Of a stretch of DNA of 64,000 bases, positions 9,483 through 20,643 are shown piece after piece. Below the pieces are notes generated by a model. The model worked only from the letters and a program-made list of their open reading frames with translations. It made no database searches and had not been told where the DNA came from. The translations under genes and the position numbers were made by a program. Location: the IMG/VR virus record IMGVR_UViG_3300033463_010483, positions 3,523 to 67,522 of that record. One strand, written 5' to 3'. This stretch comes from a virus (Duplodnaviria > Caudoviricetes). Every line of letters begins with the position of its first letter. The first letter of the stretch is position 1.

Positions 9483-10919
9483 TTAACTCAGCGTTATGGC
9501 GATGTTGGCGGCAGAGATGGTTGGTATTTGATCAACCCGAGGCAGGATATCGAACAGATTGGCAACTGCAGATTTCATAGGTTCAGATGCCACGGTTTGA
9601 GTATTGCTGATTGTATAGGTGCCGATACCTCCAGTTCCCGTGCCAAGTGCCGTTATGGTTGTGCCTGGCACGATGCCGCCAGCAGAATCTGAAACGGTTT
9701 GTCCAACTGCCAGTGTTCCAGATGAAACAGCCGTCACCGTCAAAATCGTTCCAGAGATGGAGCCCGAAAAGGAGGCCGAGGGTGTGTTGATTGATCCAAC
9801 CTTAATTGAAACGATTTGCACCCAAGATCCCAACAAAGAAATGGGTAGGTAAAACCGGCTGGCGTAGAGCATGGTGCCAATTTTGGCTCGAGCACCACCA
9901 TCACCGCCGGCGAATGCATTGATGATGGCATTCTGGATTTGAACCGCAGCATCAGATGGAACGAGAGTGCTATTGGTGATCTCAACCGCAAACAGAATCG
10001 GAAGTGCCGAAGGAATTTGATAGGATACCTGATATGAAGGATATGGCGGTATGTAGCCTGGGCTTTGATCGAGAACGGTGACAGTCGTGTTCCCGTTATA
10101 AGCACATCCTGGCGCCTTCCGAGACCATATGGCTCGAGCGATATCAGCAGGTGCACCACCGACAGCGGCCACGTAGATCGAATGGGCAAAAAGCGTGACA
10201 CCGCCGATGACTTGAATAGTATCAGTGTTGTTTTCCGTCACAAATGCATCAATCACATTCGGGACCGTCAGAACCGCACCCTTTACTGATGGTAATGAAC
10301 CGTTCGAATTGAGCGCAACAGAAGCAGCGCGGCGTGCTTCGAAAGCAGCCCGACTCTCGACATTGTTTCCAATCACACCATCCGAGACGTTATTGATTGA
10401 ATCCCAACCGGGAATGGACCGATAAATCTGATTTAGTGTGCCTGCGGGGCATGCAATCGGGCCAGTATTTATGCAAGCAAACGTAAGCGTGATGTTTCCC
10501 GTGACTGGAATAGTTCCAGCTTGAGTACAAATATATTGATTGCTGTCCGCCGCGATAGTCAATGCGCCGACAGGAATGTTAACTCCCGCAAGGCCCGTAC
10601 AAACAGCTTGAACCACAGTGGGCTGGGCCGGATTGCGTTCAATGAAATAAATACGAGCGATACCATCCTGCATGCGTCCGGTGGCATATGCTGGATCAAC
10701 TTGCTGGGTGTAATAGAGAAAGGTCTGATTAACTTCATCAATGACCGCTGTTTCACTCGAGGCAATCTGACCCTGCGGGGTATCCAATGCTGGATTGAGA
10801 TTTCCCCCGAAGGCACCGTTGATATCCTGAATGACGCCATTCAACACATCGGTAGTTGCAGGCACAATAAAGCCCGTAGGCCCAAACGTTGGTTTGGGCA
10901 CATTCGTGGAAACTACCAT
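9483..10919 (-). CDS. Baseplate J-like wedge protein with inserted accessory module
   Basis: [32 protein letters not shown]; Gly/Thr-rich insert near the C-terminus. Confidence 0.88.
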   Translation of the reverse strand: MVVSTNVPKPTFGPTGFIVPATTDVLNGVIQDINGAFGGNLNPALDTPQGQIASSETAVIDEVNQTFLYYTQQVDPAYATGRMQDGIARIYFIERNPAQPTVVQAVCTGLAGVNIPVGALTIAADSNQYICTQAGTIPVTGNITLTFACINTGPIACPAGTLNQIYRSIPGWDSINNVSDGVIGNNVESRAAFEARRAASVALNSNGSLPSVKGAVLTVPNVIDAFVTENNTDTIQVIGGVTLFAHSIYVAAVGGAPADIARAIWSRKAPGCAYNGNTTVTVLDQSPGYIPPYPSYQVSYQIPSALPILFAVEITNSTLVPSDAAVQIQNAIINAFAGGDGGARAKIGTMLYASRFYLPISLLGSWVQIVSIKVGSINTPSASFSGSISGTILTVTAVSSGTLAVGQTVSDSAGGIVPGTTITALGTGTGGIGTYTISNTQTVASEPMKSAVANLFDILPRVDQIPTISAANIAITLS

Positions 10920-10922
10920 TGC

Positions 10923-11276
10923 TTAGAATCCTGCTGCTGAGACGTTTCCGTTGGCGTCTTCGACCTGCACCTGCCCCGTAATGACGCGGTCGGTCCAAGA
11001 GGTGATAAAGCAACGTGCTTTCACCACCCCTGGAACCGTAAGGGCGGCGTTGACGAAGTAAGATTTGATCAGGGATATCGGGGGTGCCTGCCCCAATATC
11101 TGATTGAAGTATGGAATTCCCTGTGATGTGTCGTAGTACAACTCACCCTTGAACAGCCGGATGGCGCTCGCCGCATCCTGAGCCAATGAATACGGCTCCG
11201 TCGCGACTGCAATATTCCCCGCAGCATCAACGGCCAGATCCCATGCCAAGGTATCCAGCAACAGCGTCGATGCCAT
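10923..11276 (-). CDS. Baseplate wedge (gp25/gp46-like) protein
   Basis: 117 aa, LFKGELYYDTSQGIPY; synteny. Confidence 0.75.
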   Translation of the reverse strand: MASTLLLDTLAWDLAVDAAGNIAVATEPYSLAQDAASAIRLFKGELYYDTSQGIPYFNQILGQAPPISLIKSYFVNAALTVPGVVKARCFITSWTDRVITGQVQVEDANGNVSAAGF

Positions 11277-11278
11277 GA

Positions 11279-11947
11279 TTAGGTTCCCGCTACTGGTGAA
11301 TTTGTATTGGCGCCGCCCGGCAGAATTCCCGAGTGCACATGGGTTTGAACATTGACTGAATCGCCACCACCGAAACCGGCGATGATTTCACCCGTGACGT
11401 GCAAATTCCCGATGACTTTTACCGAGCCTGGGCTCGTGATGATCGAATTGCCATTCTTGTCCTGAATGGTCACGCCATCATCGCGGAAGTGAAAGTACTG
11501 GTCGGGATTCCCCTGATTGAAGAGGTTTCCGTGATAGACACCGTCCGCCATATCGTGGGTTCGAAAGGACCCCGGATTTGACTGGACACCCTTATTACTT
11601 TTCAGGGACGAGATATCGCGATCTGCGACAGACATGTGACCGATATCGCCGACCTTAGGATCATTGATGACGGCATTGCCACCTCCTTGGCTGCGTGACA
11701 CCGGAACGCCATAGATGATGCCGTGGTCAGTTTTGTTTCCAAGCCCATCGATCTGATTGACCACGGGTTGAACGTCTACCGTAGGTGCTGGCCCAACTCC
11801 ACCGCCGTGAACAGCAATGATTGTCACTGGTATCAGCGTGCGAACTTCATTGAGCGCCTGTTGAATGGCAAACTGAAGCGTGTTGGACTCTGATGTGTCA
11901 GATGCCAAACCCTGCTGGCCGAAATACCCCTTAGGTTTGTTGGTCAT
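11279..11947 (-). CDS. Baseplate spike (Gp138/gp45-like)
   Basis: OB-fold-like N-terminus, DRDIS motif, C-terminal THVH metal tip; start 11947 coupled by ATGA. Confidence 0.82.
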   Translation of the reverse strand: MTNKPKGYFGQQGLASDTSESNTLQFAIQQALNEVRTLIPVTIIAVHGGGVGPAPTVDVQPVVNQIDGLGNKTDHGIIYGVPVSRSQGGGNAVINDPKVGDIGHMSVADRDISSLKSNKGVQSNPGSFRTHDMADGVYHGNLFNQGNPDQYFHFRDDGVTIQDKNGNSIITSPGSVKVIGNLHVTGEIIAGFGGGDSVNVQTHVHSGILPGGANTNSPVAGT

Positions 11948-12813
11948 GGTGTACCTGCCGGTGCGTTTGCTGGAATAGCATCCAAGATCATGAACCAGCG
12001 CCCATTTGGGACCATGGATTCTAGTTCGAGCGTGACGCGCCGTACCGTCCAAATTCCACAAGCCGGCGTCAGGTCGCTTCGCACTTCGATTTTTCCATAG
12101 TGCTTGACATTTGGATTGAACAGAACGGCGACAATAATCCCGGACTGGTTGAACGCGGGATAAGAAACCATGCCAGTTTCTGGAGAAATTAGAACCGGGT
12201 CTGCAGAGCGGGCTTTTCCGGGTTGGACGATTGCAAGCGTTCCGCGATCAACTGTCCAATCGAACCCACTATGTCGGGCAATCTTTTGCGCTTGTGTCCA
12301 AAGTGTCCCGGCGAAGTATGGATTGGCAAGCTTGGCAGTTACACCAGCATTCTCGAAACTCAGTCCCATCTTTCCGGCGATGTCTTTCATCAGATCGGCC
12401 GCGTTGGCCGATCCTCTTACACTGATCGGGGTTGCCGGAACGACCGCATGATATAGTCCCGGCTTTGCATAAATCCGGAATGCGACGTCCGGCATTGCCT
12501 GAGCATCAACGAAGGCGCTGAATATCGTACCTTCAAATACGACCGACATTCCGGTTTCAGCATCGCCGGCAAGAACTGCTACATTGTTTTTGTTCTGCAA
12601 ATTGAGCTGAGTACCGACTGTACTCATTTGATTCATCAACTGCAGTGGAAGCCCGTAGATTGATATCTCAGCGGTGCCCTGCTCCTGCCCACCAACAAAC
12701 GTTCCCGTGAAGGAAACACGCAAGCCGGAAACGGTAACTGTATTGCCGCCGCCCTGAAACTGACCATTTGCCAGATTGAGTTGGACGTCGATCAGCTTTT
12801 GCGTAAAGGCCAT
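11944..12813 (-). CDS. Baseplate hub protein
   Basis: 289 aa; LISPETGMVSYP motif; synteny. Confidence 0.78.
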   Translation of the reverse strand: MAFTQKLIDVQLNLANGQFQGGGNTVTVSGLRVSFTGTFVGGQEQGTAEISIYGLPLQLMNQMSTVGTQLNLQNKNNVAVLAGDAETGMSVVFEGTIFSAFVDAQAMPDVAFRIYAKPGLYHAVVPATPISVRGSANAADLMKDIAGKMGLSFENAGVTAKLANPYFAGTLWTQAQKIARHSGFDWTVDRGTLAIVQPGKARSADPVLISPETGMVSYPAFNQSGIIVAVLFNPNVKHYGKIEVRSDLTPACGIWTVRRVTLELESMVPNGRWFMILDAIPANAPAGTP

Positions 12814-12911
12814 CGCACCCTCTCACCCCCGGATAACATGGGCATGTTTTCTATTTGTTCTCGACATTTCTCAAATGTGCGATAAGAATTCCCTCCCCAA
12901 AGGAGAGGCTC

Positions 12912-13295
12912 ATGCTCAAGACATATTTGGTAATTCTGGCGTCAATCATCTGCGGTGCAGTTATTTTGGGGGCTCAAACCGCATCGGCTCAATCGTGTAC
13001 CGGGGCGGCCGAGACTTCGCCGGAGTGCATCGCAAAGCTTGATTTTTGCAGTAATGTCGCCTCGATCAGTATCAGTGCAATCAATGCGAGGGCATCTGGG
13101 TCAGTAGAGAAGGATGAATTGCTCAGCCTTTATCAGACCGATCCATTCAACATGGCTCATTCGGACGTCGTAAAATCAGTTGTCCATGGAATTTTTTCAG
13201 ATGACGACGCATATCAAGCGGGCAAGCTACTCATTGATCGTGGTGGCACGGCGGCATTCTCACAAATTCGGCAAAGTTGCGTGGAATCGCTATAA
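12912..13295 (+). CDS. Secreted Cys-containing hypothetical protein (moron, opposite strand)
   Basis: AGGAGA RBS, signal peptide ending ASA-Q, four Cys in the mature part; inserted between baseplate genes. Confidence 0.75.
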   Translation: MLKTYLVILASIICGAVILGAQTASAQSCTGAAETSPECIAKLDFCSNVASISISAINARASGSVEKDELLSLYQTDPFNMAHSDVVKSVVHGIFSDDDAYQAGKLLIDRGGTAAFSQIRQSCVESL

Positions 13296-13333
13296 ACTCG
13301 GTGCATAGGTGCCCCCCCGTCATGTTCGTTTGA

Positions 13334-13630
13334 TTATGTTGTTCCCTGATAGACTAGACTGAACCTACCCCCCAATCCCATGTAGTTTGGGTCATCAGAA
13401 CCCTGATTGTCGAGGAAGAATAGATCCCCGACAAATCCAAGATAGGCCGATCTGACAATCCAGTTCTGGTTTTCAGCGATCACCCCGCCAATGATCAGCA
13501 GATTGTCGACGTACAGATCGATATAGAGGCCCGTAGGCTTCTGATAGACATTGACCTGACAATTCTGCTGTCCAAGTTGCACCGACACCGCCTGGTTGGG
13601 TATGGGCTTAAGCGGGATGATTTCCATCAC
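13334..13630 (-). CDS. Baseplate plug-like protein
   Basis: 98 aa, IIPLKPIPNQ...GDLFFLD; synteny. Confidence 0.72.
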   Translation of the reverse strand: MMEIIPLKPIPNQAVSVQLGQQNCQVNVYQKPTGLYIDLYVDNLLIIGGVIAENQNWIVRSAYLGFVGDLFFLDNQGSDDPNYMGLGGRFSLVYQGTT

Positions 13631-14265
13631 TCTTTATTCCCATCGTTGAATGGCCGCGGCGGAACGCTTGCTTCCTGTTTGGATGTGGCGGATGTCGTTT
13701 GAACCGCACCGCCATTCACCTGTCCGGCAGAAGTCGGACTTTGCGTATTTGACATCATAGCCGTTGCAGTTACCCTGATTTCCTGCAACGCAATATCGAC
13801 AGTGAGCAAACCTACACCGTTTGTAGCCGTACGGTGCAGGTCATATCTGGATATATTGCAGGATGTATAGACCGCTTCCGGCGTCACCACGTCGAAAAGT
13901 TCCAGTGTGCCGGCTATGGCGTCAATCGATCCTAGAAACGCTTCACGGTCGCTCTGTGAGCCGCCAGCAGACATTCTAACGCGGGTATCGAATGGAGTTG
14001 CGACTTTGTCGTAGCTTTCGAAGGCACCCCGCTCCACGAGATAGTCGGCAATCTGCCATTGCTGCCGGTATTCAACTGCAACACAATTATCGGCTAAAAC
14101 GACTGGGGCACCGCCTTGGTAAATGCCCCACCTTTGATTGGCGGATGCCCCGCCAAAGAGTGCCAGAACATCACGCGTGATCAGTGAGACTATGCTGGTG
14201 AATCCTGGAGGCCGGAGCACTGCCGGCACCCCCGGAACATTTGGCACATTGACGAAGAATGCCAT
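13627..14265 (-). CDS. Baseplate/tail tube initiator-like protein
   Basis: Follows the tape measure; VERGAFESYDKV, FDVVTPE motifs. Confidence 0.72.
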   Translation of the reverse strand: MAFFVNVPNVPGVPAVLRPPGFTSIVSLITRDVLALFGGASANQRWGIYQGGAPVVLADNCVAVEYRQQWQIADYLVERGAFESYDKVATPFDTRVRMSAGGSQSDREAFLGSIDAIAGTLELFDVVTPEAVYTSCNISRYDLHRTATNGVGLLTVDIALQEIRVTATAMMSNTQSPTSAGQVNGGAVQTTSATSKQEASVPPRPFNDGNKE

Positions 14266-14268
14266 AAA

Positions 14269-16419
14269 TCACCTCGGGCCATAGTTTGCCGATGAGGCGA
14301 GGCCTCTTCGCTTGAGTGCGTCGTTCATTTCTTTGGCAATGCCGTGAGCATCCTTGGCCTGTGTATGGATTACAACTTTGCCGATTTTAGTCTCAGATGT
14401 GCTGGAGTTGGTTGTCGACGGCCGATTGTCATTGGTAGTGTTGTTGGCCGCAACGCGCGCACCAGCAGTCGAACCATTCAAACCAAGGCCATTAAAGTAG
14501 CCCATACGCTGGCGAATTGCTTGGGATGAATTTGCTGGCCTCTCGTAATCAGTGACTAGCGAGGCAACCATTTCTCCTCCAGACTTTCCGTTCTGTAGAC
14601 TGTTCCAGGTAGCCTTATAGAAATTCTTCATTTCCCAGATTGCAGCCTTGGTTTGGTCAGCAACGCTCATATGATGGGGCATCTGACCAAACTGGCCTTT
14701 AATCCTTGCCGCGCGGAAATCATCCCACTGAACTATGCCGTGAGCTTTCTGATTTGGATTTTTCCAGCTGGGATCGGAATGCACATTGCCAGGATCATGG
14801 AGAGCCTCGCCTGACATATTTGCAACAAGTGACCTTGCCGCGAGATCAGACAATCCTTCCGCTCGAGCAGCAGCGTAGGCCTCCTTCTGGTTCTTTGCCA
14901 GTGTTCCCTTCGCAACACGGGGGCTGGCATTGGATGCCCCACTCGAAAGAGCGTTTGCTAGCCCACCAAACAGACCGCCGCCGGATGAACCACCGTCACC
15001 AGTGAACCATTTCCCTAGGGTCTGTAGCCAGTTTTCGCCACCAGCCTGAGAATTGGCGAGAAATACCGGCATGGGATTGACCTTTGAAACGGGCCTTCCA
15101 TCAACAGATGTATCGCCAGTGCCGGACAACGATGAACCGCCGCCACCGCCATTTGGAACAATAGTTCCGCTGGAACCAGCAACAAACAATTCAGGGCCAT
15201 TCTCACCGACGAGATAAGTCTTGCCGCCACTAACCGGGCCACCCTTGGCTCGAGCGCCATCGATCTTGTTATCGGAACCGCCATTCCACCACTGCATCAG
15301 GCTGTCAGCAATGGAGCCCTTACGGACATCGACAGCACTGTTGACCTTGTAGCTTTCATCAAAACCGACATCGTCACGAGACTTGTTGCTGGACTGTTTG
15401 CCCGGAGAAAGGGCAGCCGCCGCTCCAACAACCGACTTCACGCCATCAGCCAAGTCCATAACAAACTTGGCAATATCTTTGATTTCACTCGCAAACTCAC
15501 GAAAACCTTGAAGGGTTTCCGGCTTTGCTATCCACACGGCCAAGTCCTGAAGTGCTTGCCCCAACTTGCCCATGTATTCAACGACCTGGTCATTGATCAG
15601 ATCCTTGTTGGCATTGACCCACGCATCCATCTTTTCAAGGATGCGCATAAGACCCGGTTCGATAGTGCGAAATGCCCGCTCAAAGACATTCTGCAGCGTT
15701 TGTGTTGACGCAATCCAGCGTTCTTGAAACTCCTGAGCCTGCTTGGCTTCTTCGGCTGTTGGACCAAGACCTTTCAGGCTTTCGATATATTTGTTCGTCG
15801 CTGCGCCGTAGCGCTCCATTATGGACAGGGTCGCGTCGTCAACACCCATGCCGTGAGCAAGGAATGCGGCCTTGGCGGGATCAATTGCGTTCAAACGCTG
15901 AAGCGCTGCCGCAATACTGTCCATATAAGCAGCTGGGCCACGGTCGGTCTGGATATTCATTCCAGCCGCAGCCTGAAGCTGATAGAACGCGTCCGGGAGT
16001 GCCTTGCCGTTTACCCGTAGATCGAGCAAAGATTCTGACAGTTTGGAGATGGTCGCAGCGGCGGTCTGTGCGCTACCGCCGGCACGTTCCGCAGCCTTCT
16101 GCCATGCTGAGATGGTCTGCGGTGCTTCACTGAGGTTATGACCAAACCGACCAAGAGCCGCATCGGCAGAAGTCAGATCATCGACAAAGCTCTTGACGCT
16201 TCGTGCCCCGGTAAAAAGAGCAAACAGAGCAAGAGCTTCAACGGCAATCTTCTTGATTCCATCAGCCGCTTTTTTCCCGGCATCCTCGATCTGTTTCGAA
16301 GACTTGACCGCTTCTTCTCGGGTTTTGACAAATGCTGCACCGGCGGCCTTTTGACCCTTGGTAAATTCCGTGGGGTCGAGACCTAGCGTGACAATAAGTG
16401 CGTCGATGACGGTAGCCAT
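14269..16419 (-). CDS. Tape measure protein with C-terminal tail-lysozyme domain
   Basis: Long Ala-rich helical protein; C-terminal LVANMSGE...AHGIVQW...YERP resembles Phage_lysozyme2. Confidence 0.88.
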   Translation of the reverse strand: MATVIDALIVTLGLDPTEFTKGQKAAGAAFVKTREEAVKSSKQIEDAGKKAADGIKKIAVEALALFALFTGARSVKSFVDDLTSADAALGRFGHNLSEAPQTISAWQKAAERAGGSAQTAAATISKLSESLLDLRVNGKALPDAFYQLQAAAGMNIQTDRGPAAYMDSIAAALQRLNAIDPAKAAFLAHGMGVDDATLSIMERYGAATNKYIESLKGLGPTAEEAKQAQEFQERWIASTQTLQNVFERAFRTIEPGLMRILEKMDAWVNANKDLINDQVVEYMGKLGQALQDLAVWIAKPETLQGFREFASEIKDIAKFVMDLADGVKSVVGAAAALSPGKQSSNKSRDDVGFDESYKVNSAVDVRKGSIADSLMQWWNGGSDNKIDGARAKGGPVSGGKTYLVGENGPELFVAGSSGTIVPNGGGGGSSLSGTGDTSVDGRPVSKVNPMPVFLANSQAGGENWLQTLGKWFTGDGGSSGGGLFGGLANALSSGASNASPRVAKGTLAKNQKEAYAAARAEGLSDLAARSLVANMSGEALHDPGNVHSDPSWKNPNQKAHGIVQWDDFRAARIKGQFGQMPHHMSVADQTKAAIWEMKNFYKATWNSLQNGKSGGEMVASLVTDYERPANSSQAIRQRMGYFNGLGLNGSTAGARVAANNTTNDNRPSTTNSSTSETKIGKVVIHTQAKDAHGIAKEMNDALKRRGLASSANYGPR

Positions 16420-16421
16420 GT

Positions 16422-16679
16422 CTATTGGTCCCTCATCTTTTCCTGATGTTCGGTCACGCGGCTGCGGTTATGCGCATCGATCCCGCTGATTTCCAGAATG
16501 TCATAGACATCCTCGACCGATAGGACCGTTTGCATGTCTATCAGGGCAGCAGTCTTGTTGGGAGAGATTGAAAGGACGGTACCTATGGTTGTCGGGATAT
16601 TGGCGTATTCGAGGAGTCCGGCGATGTCGTCGGCATCTGAGAAGTCTGTGCCGGTAGGCTTCCGCCGAAAGAAAAACCC
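16422..16679 (-). CDS. -1 frameshift extension of the tail assembly chaperone (GT-type)
   Basis: The -1 frame is open from the slippery site to TAG at 16422: GFFFRRKP...LLEYANIP...LSVEDVYDILEI... Confidence 0.78.
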   Translation of the reverse strand, partial: GFFFRRKPTGTDFSDADDIAGLLEYANIPTTIGTVLSISPNKTAALIDMQTVLSVEDVYDILEISGIDAHNRSRVTEHQEKMRDQ

Positions 16680-17044
16680 GTATGGAGTTCCAAGACGGAC
16701 TGCTTCAGTTTGATCCGGGTTGCAACCTCTTCTATGTCTTCCTCAATCAATGCCCGCACCACACTCGGGCTTGGCTTAAAGGTAACACAATCCATCAGTT
16801 CATCAAGCAAGGGTTCTGCATCACCGAAATTCATGCGAACCAATGCATAAGCGCCGAGGATTGCGACATTTTTCATGCCGCCGACCGCGAAACCCTCACC
16901 GATGTCAATGCCAGATTTGCCAACCGCCATGAGCGCCCGCATTGCCCATTTTTCGGCCTGAGAGGCAGGCATTTCACGTATGTGAAACACCTTTCCGCAA
17001 TCGCGCCCCTCATCGGAGATCGTGATATCTATCTCTTTACGCAT
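16583..17044 (-). CDS. Tail assembly chaperone (G-type)
   Basis: Between tube and tape measure; carries an in-frame slippery heptamer. Confidence 0.82.
   Translation of the reverse strand: MRKEIDITISDEGRDCGKVFHIREMPASQAEKWAMRALMAVGKSGIDIGEGFAVGGMKNVAILGAYALVRMNFGDAEPLLDELMDCVTFKPSPSVVRALIEEDIEEVATRIKLKQSVLELHTGFSFGGSLPAQTSQMPTTSPDSSNTPISRQP
16673..16679 (-). other. Programmed -1 frameshift heptamer G-GGT-TTT
   Basis: X-XXY-YYZ pattern in the correct phase (ACG GGT TTT TCT). Confidence 0.78.
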
Positions 17045-17059
17045 TTGAGATCACTCCGA

Positions 17060-17491
17060 TCAATTCGGCGATGGTACGATGCGGTTCCAGGTGACTGTGT
17101 ACTTGCGCGGCGCAAGCAATTTCTTGACTGACGGAACCGTGGTATGCGTCGTCAGGAAGCCGCGGGTCATGGTGTAGGTCTTGCCTGTCGCGACAATATT
17201 TGTATTGCCATTCGCAACGAACGACTCGACGGCGATGCGCTGCTGCTGTGCCCACGTTTCAAAGAAAAAGTTCGATTCGGAGTCGGCCTGAAGTGTGAAT
17301 GTCTGTTTCACCGGTACAAAGACGAAGCCGCCCGACAAAATGCCGTCAACGCCCATGGATACTTCGGTGATTTCCTGAGCATCGGTGTCGAAAACATCAT
17401 CTGCCGCGAAACCTTGTAGTTGTACCGGGGCATTGAATATCCCCGGCACGGTAAGCGTAATGATTGCACTGGCGCCTGTAAGCGTTGCCAT
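17060..17491 (-). CDS. Tail tube protein
   Basis: 143 aa directly after the sheath; LQGFAADD, MGVDG, TLQADS. Confidence 0.82.
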   Translation of the reverse strand: MATLTGASAIITLTVPGIFNAPVQLQGFAADDVFDTDAQEITEVSMGVDGILSGGFVFVPVKQTFTLQADSESNFFFETWAQQQRIAVESFVANGNTNIVATGKTYTMTRGFLTTHTTVPSVKKLLAPRKYTVTWNRIVPSPN

Positions 17492-17523
17492 TGTGAATTC
17501 TCCTGATTGTTAGGAATGGTCGC

Positions 17524-19467
17524 TTACTGGACCAGAACGCTGTTCAGAGTGATCTGCTGAACGGACTGACCGTCCATGTACCAGAGGTTAATCGGTGGCG
17601 TGGTACGCGCCTGACGGCTCTGCGGTGAGGCATCCAGCACCTGGAGATACCAGCCCTGCTGTTGCAGCACGTCGTCAACCTTGCGGCCAGCCGCGGCGTT
17701 GATTTCCGCAGCCTGCGCTTTGGACAATGTCACTCCCTGTCTCATTGCACCGTAGTTCAGCGCCTGATTGATCGGATCTGCACAAGCAGCTTTGATAAGG
17801 TCGTAGCCAGCCTGATTGTATGGGACTGAATTGACGTTCTGCAGGAGAACCATAAGCGCGAGTTGCAATTGATTGCTAAACCAAATCTGATTAACATAAC
17901 TATCGGCCCACTGGAATTTACCAGTGACCTGACCTGGCTGATACTCCAAGAACAACTGATTGGCCGTGGCATAGGCACCATAGAAGTTGTAGCCGTTTGC
18001 AATCAGGTTATTGGCAACCGTTGCATTGGTAACACCAGCAACAAGACCGTCCTGACCACGGAACGCGAAGGTTGCGCGCCCGTTGGTGGCATTGAAATCA
18101 AGCGATGCAGCAACACCGCATGTAAATGCAGCGATGTGCTGATCACCTGTTTCATAGACAACGATCGTACCGCTGACTGCTGATGCCTGAAGAATGTTGC
18201 CAAGACTGGAAGTCGCATTGTTACTGAGCGTTGGCGAGATATCCAGATCCCATGCGACATAAGCATATCGCTGGTTCTGTGTGTTGTTCCAATTTGCGAA
18301 CGCCTGCTTCTGAACTGAACCAACGCCACCATCCGGATCGAATAGAGTCATGAAAGTCGCCCAGTTTTGTGTGATCTGAGTGATGCCTGTCATAAACACC
18401 GCCGGTGTGGCGGCATATGCTCCCTGAGACACTACAGCGCCGGTTGCCGCTGATAGGTAAAGCGCATCGGCAAGTGTGCCGGTCACATAGGCAATGGTCG
18501 AGGACGATCCGACAATGCCGGATGAAATGATGAAGCCGCCCGATACGGAGTCATAAGACACCACGACTGGCGTCGAAGATGCCGTTACCGTGCCGCTAGC
18601 TGCCGTCTGTGACGTTTGAACATTGTACGTGCCCGTGAGGCCCGTACCCGTGCCAAGACTGGTGATTTGCGTCCCCACCGTGATGCCCGCACCGCTCAGG
18701 GTCTGACCAACGGAGAGTGTGCCGGAGGTGACTGCGGTGACGGTAAGAATGCCGTAGCCCGCGGTAACTGTGCCGCTGACAACCGTCTGAGAGACCGACA
18801 CGGCATAGGTGCCAACGCCACCAGTCGTTCCCGAGAGCTGCGACGTGATCTGTGTGCCGGCAGTAATGCCCGTACCCGCTATGATCGCACCACCAACAAG
18901 CGTGCCGGATGTGATGGCCGTGACAGTCAGGATATTCCCGGCAATAGAACCAGTGACCGAAGCTGTGGCCGAAGCTATTGCGCCTGTGACAGACGCTGCC
19001 GACACAGGGGTTGCATTCAGTCCAGTCTGGATCAGTGCTGCCGCAGCGGAATAACTGGTTGCTGCTGACAGGGTCACAGATGGAGCCGAACGGGCATATC
19101 CATCGACAAGCACCGTCAATGAGCCAGACAGGCCCTGCAACTGAGGAATGGTCAACTGATTGACCGGGCCGCCGCGCAGATAAGCCGGGACGGCCGCTAC
19201 GTTGTACTGTGTGAACAACAAGGTTGCGGGTTTCTGGGTCGAGCCATTGAAGCCTGCAAAATAGACATTGGCTTCATCGACTTCATGCGACGATGCGCCA
19301 AAGTACTTGGCAACCGATACGCCATCATTCGGGAATGACAGCACCTGTCCGATTGGGACGCGGCTGTTCTTCGTCAGAAAAAGGCCGTTGAGAACCAGGG
19401 CACTGCCACCAGCACTCAGGACATTGGGAATGACGTTCACAATTTGTGAAGCTGGGATCGTGCTCAA
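17524..19467 (-). CDS. Tail sheath protein (DUF3383-like) with two inserted accessory modules
   Basis: [11 protein letters not shown] start, [27 protein letters not shown]. Confidence 0.9.
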   Translation of the reverse strand: MSTIPASQIVNVIPNVLSAGGSALVLNGLFLTKNSRVPIGQVLSFPNDGVSVAKYFGASSHEVDEANVYFAGFNGSTQKPATLLFTQYNVAAVPAYLRGGPVNQLTIPQLQGLSGSLTVLVDGYARSAPSVTLSAATSYSAAAALIQTGLNATPVSAASVTGAIASATASVTGSIAGNILTVTAITSGTLVGGAIIAGTGITAGTQITSQLSGTTGGVGTYAVSVSQTVVSGTVTAGYGILTVTAVTSGTLSVGQTLSGAGITVGTQITSLGTGTGLTGTYNVQTSQTAASGTVTASSTPVVVSYDSVSGGFIISSGIVGSSSTIAYVTGTLADALYLSAATGAVVSQGAYAATPAVFMTGITQITQNWATFMTLFDPDGGVGSVQKQAFANWNNTQNQRYAYVAWDLDISPTLSNNATSSLGNILQASAVSGTIVVYETGDQHIAAFTCGVAASLDFNATNGRATFAFRGQDGLVAGVTNATVANNLIANGYNFYGAYATANQLFLEYQPGQVTGKFQWADSYVNQIWFSNQLQLALMVLLQNVNSVPYNQAGYDLIKAACADPINQALNYGAMRQGVTLSKAQAAEINAAAGRKVDDVLQQQGWYLQVLDASPQSRQARTTPPINLWYMDGQSVQQITLNSVLVQ

Positions 19468-19503
19468 GGTTTTAATCCTTTCGGATGTTTCGGAGAAAGG
19501 GGA

Positions 19504-20229
19504 TTAAGCGGGAAAGTCCGCTTCGACATTGTTCGGGTTTGCGTGAAGCTGGTCTGCGAATTGCTGAGGCGCGCGAACGATCTGGTTCGCCTGGATTGCG
19601 GCGTCGATCACCCATCGGTTTTCGACCTGCTGTTCTCCATTTAGGAACGGCATCTGCTTCGGGTCGTCCGCATACAGCGGCGCCACATCGAAGCCTGACG
19701 TCTTGAAAAACTGGAATGCATAGTCATCCCGAAACAGGGTCGAGATGGTCTGTGAGTTATCCGCACTGTTCGGCCCGTGCACATCCAGTTGGATGATGAC
19801 TTTTGTCGGCTGGAGAAACAGCTCCTGTCCTGTCGATAGTTTTGCGCTGGCAATGGTCTGGGATTGGCTGACTGTATATGTCCCCATTCCGCCCGTACCA
19901 GTTCCCAGAGTGGTGATAACGGTTTGCGGGGTAACACCCACCCCAAACACTGTCTGGCCTACTGCAAGCGCCCCTAGGGCAACTGCGGTCACGTTCAGGG
20001 TGGTTCCAGTGATGAACCCGGTGAAACTACTATCCTGATAAGTGTCCACGTTCGTGGATAGCCGCTGATAGAGCAGTGGCGTCATTGCCACAAAATCAGG
20101 AACCGACGGTTCGGGAACGCGATTGTCCTGCGCTTGGATGATTTCCACGCCTTGAGGCAGGATGTAGATCAACAAAGAACGGAGTGCCGCCAACACATTC
20201 GATTGCGTCGGAGACGGAGCAAAACTCAT
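19504..20229 (-). CDS. Tail completion/terminator protein with inserted accessory module
   Basis: [30 protein letters not shown] motifs; synteny. Confidence 0.78.
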   Translation of the reverse strand: MSFAPSPTQSNVLAALRSLLIYILPQGVEIIQAQDNRVPEPSVPDFVAMTPLLYQRLSTNVDTYQDSSFTGFITGTTLNVTAVALGALAVGQTVFGVGVTPQTVITTLGTGTGGMGTYTVSQSQTIASAKLSTGQELFLQPTKVIIQLDVHGPNSADNSQTISTLFRDDYAFQFFKTSGFDVAPLYADDPKQMPFLNGEQQVENRWVIDAAIQANQIVRAPQQFADQLHANPNNVEADFPA

Positions 20230-20241
20230 CTTCGTTTCCGA

Positions 20242-20619
20242 TCAACTGTTTTGGAGAACAACTGCAACCTTGCACCACCCGGACCACTGCTCCAGCACTT
20301 GGACTATGAGCCAGGTTCCAACATTTGGACCATCGGTAAGCGCTATCGTGTCGCCGCCCTTTTGTGCGGGACGAACGACGCCATTGAATACACCGAAGAA
20401 GTAGATAGCGCGGGCACTTCCATTCAAGTTAAGGCCATCAACCTGGGTCAGATCCTTGAAAGTGAGTGGCTGCACCTGAGCGTCACCGGTAACGATGGTA
20501 TAGGTCGGGGTTCGAGAACCGTCTGGATTGGTGATAGAGCCCGTACTTACTTTCATTGTGGCCGCAACATGCGGGTTAACCGCACCGATAGCGCTATGAA
20601 CAATCCCGTGCAGATTCAT
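20242..20619 (-). CDS. Head-tail adaptor/closure protein
   Basis: MNLHGIV..AI..VNP; synteny. Confidence 0.75.
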   Translation of the reverse strand: MNLHGIVHSAIGAVNPHVAATMKVSTGSITNPDGSRTPTYTIVTGDAQVQPLTFKDLTQVDGLNLNGSARAIYFFGVFNGVVRPAQKGGDTIALTDGPNVGTWLIVQVLEQWSGWCKVAVVLQNS

Positions 20620-20643
20620 ATCTCAATCCCCTGCCCGTCTCGG

